Shown: piece by piece, positions 26,756-38,059 of the stretch
How positions within the stretch are numbered: position 1 is the stretch's first letter
How the letters are laid out: every line of letters starts with the position of its first letter
Program-made: the position numbers and the translations under genes
Assembly: GCA_964016885.1 (NCBI GenBank)
Contig: OZ024748.1
Location: 43,710,001 to 43,774,000, forward strand
Direction of reading: 5' to 3'
Origin: Eledone cirrhosa
Taxonomy: Eukaryota
DNA length: 64,000 nt
The notes under the pieces: generated by a model
Database searches by the model: none
The model's input: only the letters and a program-made list of their open reading frames with translations
What the model was told of the DNA's origin: nothing

Positions 26756-27500
26756 TGTAGCGAAATCTGTCCACGCCTTGAACCTTGGGTGACACCTAAA
26801 GGTCAAATTCTAGGTCAACACCCTTTTGGTGTAGATAGGTTGATGTGTTGACTATCCCCTCAGGTTGGGGGACAGGAAGCGACAGCTATATATAGAGCCT
26901 GTACCATCCTACTTTGGCGAGATACATCGGAGCATTACACCTATAACAAACTATGTAAGGATTTACTGCTATCAATAGACCCCAGTGGTCTACAGAAATA
27001 GAGACATCGGAGCACCCCACAACAGAACAAGCTATGTAAGGATTTACCACTATCGACAGACCCCATGAGGTCTACAGATACACCCATTGGAGCCCTACTA
27101 CTACAGAACACAAATGTGGAAGATTCACCGCTGTCTGCAGGCCATGGTAGTTCACAGTTACAACAGACCATAACAGAGGTATACAAACCATATCTCTCTC
27201 TCTCTCTTACTAACTACGGTCTCACAACTACTACCATGGACTCTAAATTCCAACAACAACAACAATTATCTGTCGTTCGCTGTGTTTTCACACCAACAAC
27301 AACAGACTACAACTTATGGTAACTTGTTTATTGTACCTTTTAATTGATTCACATGAAGTAAACCATACATAAACCAAATCATTTATTCTTTATATTCTCA
27401 TTATTATACCTATTCCTATTATACTTTGTTATTATCATATCAACTAATAACCACATATAACTATTTCTATAACAATTTCTTACTTATACCTTTCGTTAAA
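26756..27500 (+). mobile_element. Probable solo LTR
   Basis: Starts TGTAGCG, ends CGTTAAA; flanks GGAG/GAAG; TATA-like TATATATAG near 26887; partial related copy on minus at about 2331-2830. Confidence 0.65.
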
Positions 27501-28199
27501 GAAGCATTGGAAGTATTTCTGAAGAAGAAGGGGCCAGATTTGGTCAATTTAGCTGTAGGGATTAGTTTAGCTGTTATCAAATATCAACCAAGATATAAAC
27601 AAAATTTTGATATATGATAAACATAACATGTACATACATTGTAGTGTATACAGAAATAGATGTGTGTTTTGGTAGTTTGGGGAGAAAAATATAATTATTG
27701 GAAAGAGGGCTCCCTGGCTCCCCCTGTTCCACTGCCCCTGGTTTAGGGACCAAGGACAATAGAAGTCTAGACTATGACCAACATGAAAAGGAATTGGTCA
27801 ATCAAGTCCTAGTATTTAGATGTCCTAAGTAAGACAAGATGTGTTTATGTATGAATCAACAAAACTAGGAATATTCATATATTTAACTTTATAAATTAAA
27901 AACTAAACATAAATACATTAAATAAACAAGAAAAAAACAGCGCCCTATTTGTTTTTATAAAAACTTAATCTTTAAAATTGGAATTAATTTTACAAAGCCA
28001 TAAGCTGTCTATACAGTAAGATGATCAGATGAAAGGTTGGTAGACTGACCAAGATACTCTCATGGAATGACCAAATGAGGTTTATTTTTCAACATAGTCC
28101 CTGAGCAAAAACAATGCAGTTATTAATAAGAAGAGTTGAAATTAATGCATGTAAGATTCCACAGCTTTAGCATCACTCCTTCATACTCATCCTATGAAT

Positions 28200-28340
28200 T
28201 TTTCAGCTGACCCACGTACCATTTCAGCACATAAAGCATTTGTTTTAATTTTTTTCGGGTCAAAAATAATTTTCGTTTTAGACACAATTGACAAATTCCA
28301 GGATATTTTCGATATTGTGTTGGCGTGATAATGGAAGATA
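28200..28340 (-). mobile_element. Penelope-like element remnant (GIY-YIG C-terminus)
   Basis: SII...YPGICQLCLK(R/E)KL resembles PLE CxLCLxEKL; adjacent fold-back with decayed hammerhead. Confidence 0.55.
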
Positions 28341-28606
28341 TATATATATAAGATATATTTTCTTTAGGTCGTTTTGGAAGCCTCAACAATGCAGGTTGGT
28401 AATTCTCTGGGTAACAAGACCTTGGGAGAGATTTAATTGTCCCTATATATTTCGGATTCACATCCATCAACTGGGGTTTTTCCAGGGGGGGGGGGGGTAT
28501 CTGTCGGATAGGATTGATACGTGTCCTCTGCTGTTCGTTGTTTTGAAAACAACGAACAGCAGAGGACACGTATCAATCCTATTGATGTTGATGGATGTGA
28601 ATCCGA

Positions 28607-28649
<43 letters not shown>

Positions 28650-29223
28650 GAGTTAAACAAGATTCAATGAGTACATCAAAGAATGAGTTTTACAGTAGAT
28701 TGGAAGCACTCTACGAAAAATAATTTTCCAGAGTTATTAATATTAAAATACATATATTAATAAAATAGATGTTCTTTTGATCAATTACATTACTACCTTG
28801 ATTACCTTGGAGGCACATGGCTTAGTGGTTAGAGCATTGGCCTTGCAATCAAAAGGTTGTGAGTTCAATTCTCAGACCGGGTGATGTGTTGTTTCCTTGA
28901 GCAAGATACTTTATTTCACATTGCTCCTGTTTACTCAGCTGTAGAAATGAGATGATAGGGACTGGGGTCCATATCATTCCACTGCAAAGTGGTCATGGAG
29001 GTACCACGGCAAAAAATCACCCAGACCACACTGTAAAGTGGACGTGGAGGTGCCACAGCAAAAAATCACCCAGCACTCACTGTAAATGAGGTTGGTGTTA
29101 GGAAGGGCATCCAGAATCAGTTCCCATCCCACCCTTGCAAGCAGGGAAAAGCGGATGTAAAAAAAAAAAAAAAATTAATTCTTAACCATTTAACATCTCA
29201 GGGTATATCATGTATCATTATAT

Positions 29224-29272
29224 TTTGTCTGATGAGGACGTACTGTTGTACATCCGAAATATGTATAATAAA
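29224..29272 (+). ncRNA. Hammerhead motif, stem I imperfect
   Basis: CTGATGA ggacgtac tgtt gtacatcc GAAAT at GTA. Confidence 0.62.
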
Positions 29273-30216
29273 ATGTAATTGATCAAAAGAACATCTATTT
29301 TATTAATATTTGTATTTTAGTATATATATATATATCGGCCATTATCACACCATATATATAAAAATGTTGTTGTTGTTGTTGTTGTTGTTGGTGGTGGTGT
29401 GTGTGTGTGTTGTATAGGTGTATATGTGTTGTTGGTGGTGGTGGTGGTGGTGGTGGTGTGTGTGTGTTGTATAGGTGTATATGTGTTGTTGGTGGTGGTG
29501 GTGGTGGTGGTGGTGGTCGGTGGCGTGTGTGTGTGTGAGCATGATAGTCCGTGTATATGTGTGTTGTTGTTGGTGTGTATGTGTGTGTGATGTTGTTGTT
29601 GTTGTTGCTGTTGGTGGTGGTGGTGTGTGCGTGTGAGATGTATGGGTGTATGTGTATGTGGTGTCGTTGTTCTTGTTGGTGGTGGTGTGTGTATGTGTTT
29701 GTTGCTAGTGGTGTGTGTGTATGCATGAGATGTATGGGTGTATATGTGTGTGGTGTTGTTGTTGCTGTTGGTGGTGGTGGTGGTGGTGGTGGTGGTGTGT
29801 GTGTTCGTGTGATGTGTAAAGTAATGTGGATGTGCTTGTGTGTATGTGTGTGCATAACAGTGGGTGGGTGTGTCCATGCACGCGTGTGCTTGTGTATGCG
29901 TGAATATGTTAACATAACTTTTCATTGCATTTTTTTTTTTTCTTTTGCAACACAAATCAAATACATCCAATTATGTCAAAATACACATTTTTCTGAGATA
30001 TTGAGTACATTAATAATTACTTTCTGAGACATTATATCATTAATGTTATGTATCCTTAAATTGTGACCAAAAAAATATTTGATCTTTTTGTTTTGTTTTG
30101 TCTCCATGAGCTGTCTTTTATAAGTTATTAAAATATGAAATTAGAATTAAAATTAAATGCCAAATGTCTTTATATATATTTATATTATTTTACCATGGAT
30201 CCGTGTAAATGGTTTT

Positions 30217-30789
30217 TCACTGGTTCCCTCTGTCTCTTGGACAACCATTTATATTACAACCCTTGTTAGGTTTCATCTTAGCTGTGGGACTGCTTTGAAT
30301 AATGGCAAAGTTGACTCTATCAAATTCAACCCCATAGTAATCAGCATCAGTAACTTCAATTGTTATGTTGTGTGGTCCTATTTTAAGGGGATATTCCTCT
30401 TGACTCTGCTGTAAAGGTCCCGATGATAGAATCCAGTTCCACATCCAACCCCAATATGTGACGGGATACGTCTGGAAAGTTCCAGTCTTCTTACCATCGA
30501 TGTAAAAATTAACAATATCATGGCCGCCATCATTTGAATATTCAATGTTTATACTTCGAAAGACCAAGTCTCCCTCTGCACAGAAACACCAATACACTTT
30601 CTCACTTTTATGAAGCCAGATAGTTTTCTTCATTGATGCCGAAGACCGAAAGTGAATCGGATATTTAGTTTTAGATTCAAAATCTTCCACTTGTACAGCT
30701 ACAGGGACTTCAAAGTGGCTGCTCCGAGCCCAGGCAGTGGTGAACTGTAAAAATAGAAAACCCATGAAAGCAATACGACAAGCTACCAT
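30217..30789 (-). CDS. Intronless secreted protein, CBM6/CBM35-like (galactose-binding-like jelly-roll) domain, 190 aa
   Basis: Uninterrupted non-repetitive ORF, Kozak-like aagATGg, hydrophobic N-terminus ending AWA (signal peptide); motifs VEDF, RSSAS, YSNDG, IDGKKTGTF, WNW, GPHNITI, DYYGVEFDRV recall CBM beta-sandwich modules; family assignment from pattern memory only. Confidence 0.7.
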   Translation of the reverse strand: MVACRIAFMGFLFLQFTTAWARSSHFEVPVAVQVEDFESKTKYPIHFRSSASMKKTIWLHKSEKVYWCFCAEGDLVFRSINIEYSNDGGHDIVNFYIDGKKTGTFQTYPVTYWGWMWNWILSSGPLQQSQEEYPLKIGPHNITIEVTDADYYGVEFDRVNFAIIQSSPTAKMKPNKGCNINGCPRDRGNQ

Positions 30790-31681
30790 CTTCGCTTATT
30801 TTGAAGTATTTCCCTTTTTTTACTTTCATTTACTGTTGGGTTAAAATGCTTCATGCAGATTATGAAGGACTTTCTATTTCCCAGAGCTTGTATTTCTAGC
30901 TTGGTCAGTCGAAACACCTGAATCTCACTGTATATATCAACACTGTTCTCTTCAGAGAGATGGGTGTGTTTTTAAGTAACAGGTTTCTGGTAATTGCTAT
31001 TATGAGGGAGTGTGATATGTCAAAATTGTATCAGAAATATTACAAAGAAGATTTTTGTTGTTCTTGCTCTTGTTGTTGTATACTATCATGAAGTAATTGT
31101 TGTTTAGTATTAAAACAGTTTCATGTGACATAATAGAGTTACATCAACCTACGCACAGATACCTCTCCCTCACGCCTGTTAGAAATCTGGTGTAGTGAGA
31201 AGAAATATACTTAAAACATTACATTCTTACTTGGTCCTGTAACTGCTGAGAGAGTCGTAGGGGTGCCATAGTGACCTACAGCCTTTCTAGGGTATTTTAA
31301 AACCTGGTGGAGTCCATCTCCTCGCCAGGTCTGAATACAGCAGATTTCTTCCAGAGAAGGATAGAAAGAGAATGAGAGAGAGAGAGAGAGAGAATAGAAG
31401 AGAGAAATAGACGCAGAGGAAGAATTAACCCCGATACTAGACTGGTATTTTTTTATTGACCTCAAATGATAAAAAGCAAAGTTGACCTCGGTGGGATTTG
31501 AACTCAGAAAGCAGAGGGCCAAATTAAATACCACAAAGTATCTTATCTTATGTTCTAACGACTCTGACAATTCTCCACCTAAAATATTACATACAAACTT
31601 ATGCAGTTCATTATAATAAACATATCTAATGTGTAAGTGAGAAGACTGCACTGGTGTAGACATGTGGTTCTGGTAGCAGAT

Positions 31682-32645
31682 ATGGTGATGGTGGTGGTGG
31701 TGGTAGTGGTGATGGTATTGGTGTTGATGGTGGTGATGATGATGGTAGTGGTGGTGGTGGTGGTAGTGGTGGTGGTTGTGGTAATGGTATTGGTGTTGAT
31801 AGTGATGATGATAGTAGTGATGATGATGGTAGTGGTGATGATGATAATGTAGTGGTGGTGGTAGTGGTGATGGTATTGGTGTTGATAATGATGGTAGTGA
31901 TGATGATGGTAGTGGTGGTGGTGATGATGATGATGGTATTGGTGTTGATGGCGATGATGATGGTGGTGATGATGGTAGTGGTAGTGGTGGTGGTGGTAGT
32001 GGTGGTGATGGTTTTGATGGTGATGATGATGGTGGTGATGATGGTGGTGGTGGTGGTGGTGGTGGTAGTAGTGGTGATGGTATTGATGGTGATGATGATG
32101 GTGGTGATGATGGTGGTGGTGGTGGTGGTGGTGGTAGTAGTGGTGATGGTATTGATGGTGATGGTGATGGTGGTGATGATGATGATGGTAGTGGTGATGG
32201 TGGTGGTGGTGGTAGTAGTGGTGATGGTATTGATGGTGATGATGATGGTGGTGATGATGATGGTGGTGATGATGGTAATGATGACGATGGTAGTGGTGGT
32301 GGTGGTGGTATTAGTGGTGATGGTATTGATGGTGATGATGATGGTGGTGATGATGGTAATGATGATGATGGTGGTGGTAGTGGTGATGGTATTGGTGGTG
32401 GTCGTGGTGGTAGTGGATATGGTGGTGATGATGATGGTGGTGCTGATGGTGGTGATGATGATGGTAGTGGTGGTGATCGTATTGGTATTGATGGTGGTGT
32501 TGGTGGTGGTGGTGGTGGTGGTGGTGGCGGTGGTAGTGGATATGGTGGTGATGGTGATGGTGATGGTAGTGGAGGTGGTAGTGTATATGTTGGTGATGAT
32601 GATGGTAGTGGAGGTGGTGGTGGTGAAGATGACGATGATGACAAT
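31682..32645. repeat. (GGT/GAT/AGT)n trinucleotide tract
   Basis: Direct inspection; source of the 514-aa Pro/Ser and 353-aa Thr/Ile ORFs. Confidence 0.95.
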
Positions 32646-32923
32646 GAGGAGGAGAAGGGAAGAGGGGTGTGAGAGACAGCAAAACAATCTCCATAAAGTA
32701 AATTTTCAAGATAATTAAAAGGTGGCTGTATTATAATCTGGTTTGATATTGTCATATTTAATGATTAGCTTCAAGCAAAACTATGAGGAACACCCAGGCA
32801 TTTGTCACAATTCTCTTCAAACACATGGAAATAAATAGACAAATATTTGTCATGAATTTGCTCAAAGGTATAATTTGAAATATTTATATCATTCCCACCT
32901 ATATACACACACATATACATATA

Positions 32924-32994
<71 letters not shown>

Positions 32995-33070
32995 AGTGTA
33001 AACACAGAAAATATCTAAAAAAAATAATAAATAATTAAATTCTAAAAAATTCACTGTACTTACTATATGG

Positions 33071-33151
33071 GCTCTTACCGCGGTTTCAGATCCCAAACAA
33101 ATAGATAATCCAAGCGGATTTCCATTGAGAAAGAGGTCATCGTCAGAAGGC
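33071..33151 (-). ncRNA. Type-I hammerhead motif, long stem II
   Basis: gcctt CTGACGA tgacctc..(aatcc gctt ggatt)..gggatct GAAAC cgcg GTA agagc. Confidence 0.65.
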
Positions 33152-33473
33152 ATTTTTTTCTCTCTCGGAGAATATAAAATTCTCGAGTTAAAATTACAAA
33201 CTGGCGCCACAATATATAAATAAAGTGCTCGATGCACAGAAATACTATAAAGATATATTTCTTTATTTACCATAAAGGCATAAAAAGAAGGGACAAATAC
33301 AAAGGGGGGAGTTTACATACAATCGAGTAAAAAGGGTATAACATGAAAATAATCGAAAATAACCTCAAAAGGGAGGGGACGTGATGGGGGTTGCACACAC
33401 CCCCGAAAAAGTGTGCAATCCTTTGCCCGGGGAGCACATGGAGAAGGTGCTCCCCTCTCCTTTACTTCTTTAC

Positions 33474-36304
33474 CTACAGGATGGTATACAGAGAAGGCCC
33501 ATTTACACGAGCCATTCTCGCCACTATCACCCACCTTTCATAAAACTGCCTGTGGCCAAGCACCTCTCTCTCCATTCTTATCCTTCTTCCGAAGTGATAT
33601 CGGAAGAAGTAGACCAGACTCTGGCCAGAGAGGAAGTTGCCTGACCTCAGACCTTTCAATCGTGTCCACCAAACAACCTCTTTCAACATGGCTATTACGC
33701 ACAGAAAAACCGCCTTTGCTTCCTTTGTGAAGAGGGGAGGCGGCTTGATTGTCATCATGGACTCGGCGGTCAATTGAATCGGCGCCACCCGCGACAGCAG
33801 TCGTTCGGCGTAGCCCCACAGATCAGCCACGCCCGGACATTGCACCAATGCGTGCGCAACGGTTTCTTCGTGACGCACGCATCTAGGGCAAATCTTTTTT
33901 GAGGGATCCCTGCCCGGGCGCCCGTGTCTGTAGAGCCTCTCTCGAACGGGTAGAGCCCCTCGGTAGCACTGCCAAGCCAGTGACTTCTGGAAGTTGTCCA
34001 TTGGTCCTGGGCCGAAAGTCCTACCGAACAGGCTGGCCAGTTCGTCTTCCTCCATGTCCAGCGACTCTCCAAGGGTGTCATCACCCCTGCTAGCCACCAG
34101 CCCTCTATAGAATGATGAGGTGGATTCTCTACCGATGGCCTGGCCCGCTTGCCAGAGAGCCCTGACAACCTTTCGTAATCCTCCAGTAAGGTACCGATCG
34201 CCTCGATCTCCGAGTCGGTCGATACCATTACTGTTACGTCATCGGCGTAGGCCGACACCGCTTTGCTCAATCCTGGTTCCAGGGGGATACCCTGCAACAA
34301 CTCCAACTTCCTCAGTAAAGGCTCGAGAGTCAATACGTACAGAAGGGAGGAGAGAGGGCACCCCTGTCGAATGGATCGTGTGATTTCGAACGGCTTCGAA
34401 AGGTAGCCGTTCACCTTGATCCTAGAACAGATGTGGTTGCTATGTAAGGCAGTGATCTAGCCTCTGAAAACAGGACCAAACCCAGCCGCCGCTAGCACCG
34501 CATCCAGGTAACCATGGTCGACCCTATCGAAGGCCTTAGACTGATCCAAGTTGATCAGGGCCCCACCGAAGCCGGGTTTGTTGCCAACCCTCTCTATGAT
34601 GTATCGCATGAGGTGGAGGTTATCGTGAATGGACCTGGATGGGATAGCACATGTCTGCGCATCTCCCACCAGGCCACCCACGACAAGCGCCAACCTCTTT
34701 GCTAACACCTTGGCCAAAATCTTTAACTCTGTGTTTAGCAGGGTTATGGGCCGAAAATTATTTATACTATCTCCCTTGTTCTCGTCCTTCCTCACCAGCG
34801 TGACTACGCCCTTGGCTACAGAACAAGGAATTCTCCCGTTCTGCCGCCAATTGCAGTAGACCGCTTCGAGGAGTTCGGAGAAGAAGACCGGCATTGCTAA
34901 ATAAAGTTCGTAAGGTATACCATCGAGACCTGGAGATTTGCGTCTGCTGCATTGGGTCAGCGCATCTCCAATCTCATCAGCCGAGATTGGTCCCTCGCAG
35001 GACTCTGCCTCTTCGCTCGAGAGACGCGGCAGGCCGTCGAGGTATGGACCGAAATCCACGCCCCCGCCCGGACCCTCGCCTCCCCCGAACAATCGGGCAA
35101 AGTGCCTTTGAAAGGCCTCGCACATCTGCTTAGGCTCCCGGATCACCCGTCCATCTTCGTCTTGCAACGACCGGATGGTGGATCGATTTCCACTCTTAGC
35201 TTCTGTCACGCGGGCCCAGCCAACGGCTTTGGCCCCCTCATTACCTAGAGCACGTATTTTACTTCGAATGACGCAGCCTTCGTGCTTTGCATCGAAAAAC
35301 TGGTTCAAGGCCGTCCTCGATGCCAGCACTCTGGCCACATCTTCGCTCTTGATTGCCTCTTCTAATTTACCTGTTAATTCTTTCTCGTTTCTATTCCTAT
35401 CGGCAGCTAACATCTTGCTATAACTTATTGATTCTGTTTTAATCTCTCTTTTGAGAGATGCCCACCATCGGTTGTTGACGATTGCACCCGTCAACCTCTC
35501 CTTAACTAATCTGCTAATCCGGTTTCTGTAAGTCTCTTTTGCCGGTAAAGACAAATTAAGTTTCCAGTAACCGGGACCCTGTTTATGTGTTTTCTCGAGA
35601 TTGACTACGCAGGTCACTAATTTGTGATCCGTGTAGCCAACGGTGCGCATTTCTGGACAGCTTAATATGTCCCTATCCTTACTTCTAACTAAGAATCTAT
35701 CTAAGTACGATCTAGATTGACCACTGTGGTTTCTCCAAGTCCAGGTAGGCACAGTTGGAAAATCTAGTCGATATCTATCGACCAAGTTAAAATGGTCGAG
35801 TAACCCCTTGAGGCTGTTACACCCCCCTCTATTAGGACATGCTCCTGCATAGTCCCAACGTGCATCTAGGATGTCATTCCAATCCCCCGCTAGAAGCAGG
35901 GAACGCGACGTTCCCAGAAAAGTCTCTAAACGCTGGAAGAAGTCGGGCCGTTCAGCTCCGAAAGGGGAGTAGACGGCGACCAGTCTTAAGGCCGCACTTT
36001 CACTACTGCCAACGTCTAGCACCAACAAATGACCCTCCGGGTCCGAGTGCACAACCTGTACGGCAAGACCCAGATGTTTTTGCAGCAGTACGACAACCCC
36101 ACCCCCACCTCCAGGTTGACAGAGAGATGCATGCACCTCAAAGTCATCGAAGGTAGGGGCCAGCTGCCGCACGACGCTGATCCGAGTCTCACAGATAATC
36201 ATTACATTTATACTACATGACCTGAGGTCATTTAGAAGCTTTGCTTGCTTCCAAGTTGAGCCCAGGCCACGTGCATTTAAACATCCTACTCTTAACACAT
36301 CCAT
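33474..36304 (-). pseudogene. L1/Tx1 ORF2 (APE endonuclease + RT + zf-RVT), disrupted
   Basis: GCLNARGL, LAGDWNDI, SYLDRFLV, TDHKLV, KSPGLDG, FRPITLLN, LDQSKAFDRVDH, RQGCPLS, AYADD, CPRC..ETVAHALVQC; in-frame TAG at 34457, frameshifts, and an internal deletion near 34070. Confidence 0.88.
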
Positions 36305-36337
36305 GTGGGCGGCAGAGCCAAAGGAGAGTGTAGAGAC

Positions 36338-38059
36338 CTACCTTTCCGCTTCCCGGGGTTCGGGTCGCACGACTTCCATGGGGTCGGGGGTGTTGGGTGA
36401 CGGGGTGTCTTGTGGTGGTGTGGGGTCGTCAGTGTGTGGTGGGGTTGGGGTGTTTGGAGTTGTGTTGGGGAGGAGAAGGGGAGGGGGAAAGCTTTTTAGT
36501 AGGACGCGGTTTATGGGTTTGACAGAGGGTGGTCCTACGTCCTCCTTAAAATCCTTTTTTAGTTTTTGGTAGAGGTTCATTGGGATCTTTATTAATTTTA
36601 AATGTGGGTAGTTTTCTGACGAAACAAAGTTTACACCTTCGGTTTGTACCGAAGGATTATTGTATATGAGTTCATTTAATTTATTATTGTTTCTGTTGAT
36701 GTAAGTATAGTGTAATGTCTTTTTCTCGGATGGTGTGAGTGTTTCGAAGAGGGGAGGGGCAGGTTTGGTTTTGTTTGTTGCTGGAGGGGTGTTTTCTGTT
36801 TTGTTGGATTGTGTTGAGATTTGGGTGGGGGTTGTTTGGCCTTGTGTGTTTTGCACATGTTTTCTTTTTTTCCTTTTAATCTGTCTGAAGGACTCCGTTT
36901 CTTCCTCCGAATTCGTTGGGTTATCTTCAGTGTTGGAGGGAAGAGGTAATGTTTCCGTGTTGGTTTTCTTTGTGGGGGAGATGGATGTCACTATGTTAGA
37001 CTGTGTTGTGTGTTGTGTCTGCGGTGGTTGTGTTGTTTTATTGAGTGAGGGGTTGGGTGGGCCTGTATTTTGTTTTGGGGTAATGTGTTGTGACTGTTTG
37101 TGTTGTGGTGGTGGTGTAGTTTTACTGAGGGACGGGTTGGGTGGGACTGAGTTTTGTTGTTTGTTTATCTGTTGTGGTGGTGGAGCTGGTGTTGGTAGCA
37201 GGGTTTTCTTTTTGTTGAGTTGGGGACAAGCGGCCTTCAGGTGTCCTCTGCCTGCACAGATATGACAGGACGCCCTTCTCCCCTCCACGCTAATGTTTAT
37301 ATACCCGTGGCCCTCTAATAGGATTCTGTCGGGTATTTGGGCGATGCGTTCAGGCTTCATTTGCACTACCAGCTCTATACCTGTTCCACTGAACGCATTG
37401 CCTGTGGTTTTCCCAATGGAAATCACGTTGTCATTCACTGGATCGATGAAGCCAGCTATGAGCCAGCAGTAGTCCACATCTGGCATCATTGCATCCAGCC
37501 ATATGCGTTGAGTTCTTTTCCCCATATAAGATGGATAAAAGGTAAAAATTTTCGAACGAATTGGTGACAAAGCACATTTTTTTGCCGCCGATTCGTTCAT
37601 GATAATTGCTAGGCTTCCATACAGTCTGTCTTTTCTTATGAAAGTGGTTTCATTAAGTACTTCTGTGAGTACTGTTTTGATATCTGCCTGAGTTGGCTGT
37701 TCAGGTTTTTTTGAAGTGTTGTTAATGGTGCGGAACACGACCGTTCGACTTTCAATGTCTTTGGTGAGTTCTTGAGGCATTTTTACCGATAAAATACCAT
37801 TCTCTCCTTCACTTATGTATTGTTTGGCGTCTGTGATTCTTCGTGCCACATCTGAAATATTTTCGGCTACATATGTCAAAGATTTCTTTGTTGTTTGTGC
37901 AAATGAAATCTTGACTCTGTCGTCTGCTTTGCTTTCTGTTATGGTGTTATTTTCAAATGTTATTTTTGTGTTTGTTTGTGGTGTTAGTATTGTCATGCAA
38001 TTTTTCAAATTTTTTTTTTTCGTTGTTGGAATCCATGTCCAGATTTGTGTTTTCATCAT
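36338..38059 (-). CDS. L1/Tx1 ORF1 (gag-like, CCHC zinc knuckle, Pro/Gln/Thr-rich C-terminus)
   Basis: 573-aa ORF with CHICAGRGHLKAAC knuckle; true start probably 38210 (MLNEANENSGGG...) with a frameshift in the T-homopolymers near 38000-38066. Confidence 0.8.
   Translation of the reverse strand: MMKTQIWTWIPTTKKKNLKNCMTILTPQTNTKITFENNTITESKADDRVKISFAQTTKKSLTYVAENISDVARRITDAKQYISEGENGILSVKMPQELTKDIESRTVVFRTINNTSKKPEQPTQADIKTVLTEVLNETTFIRKDRLYGSLAIIMNESAAKKCALSPIRSKIFTFYPSYMGKRTQRIWLDAMMPDVDYCWLIAGFIDPVNDNVISIGKTTGNAFSGTGIELVVQMKPERIAQIPDRILLEGHGYINISVEGRRASCHICAGRGHLKAACPQLNKKKTLLPTPAPPPQQINKQQNSVPPNPSLSKTTPPPQHKQSQHITPKQNTGPPNPSLNKTTQPPQTQHTTQSNIVTSISPTKKTNTETLPLPSNTEDNPTNSEEETESFRQIKRKKRKHVQNTQGQTTPTQISTQSNKTENTPPATNKTKPAPPLFETLTPSEKKTLHYTYINRNNNKLNELIYNNPSVQTEGVNFVSSENYPHLKLIKIPMNLYQKLKKDFKEDVGPPSVKPINRVLLKSFPPPLLLPNTTPNTPTPPHTDDPTPPQDTPSPNTPDPMEVVRPEPREAER

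Noticed and set aside
31211-32755. 514-aa Pro/Ser/His extensin- or formin-like ORF
   Set aside because: Translation of a trinucleotide tract open in several frames and running into a SINE
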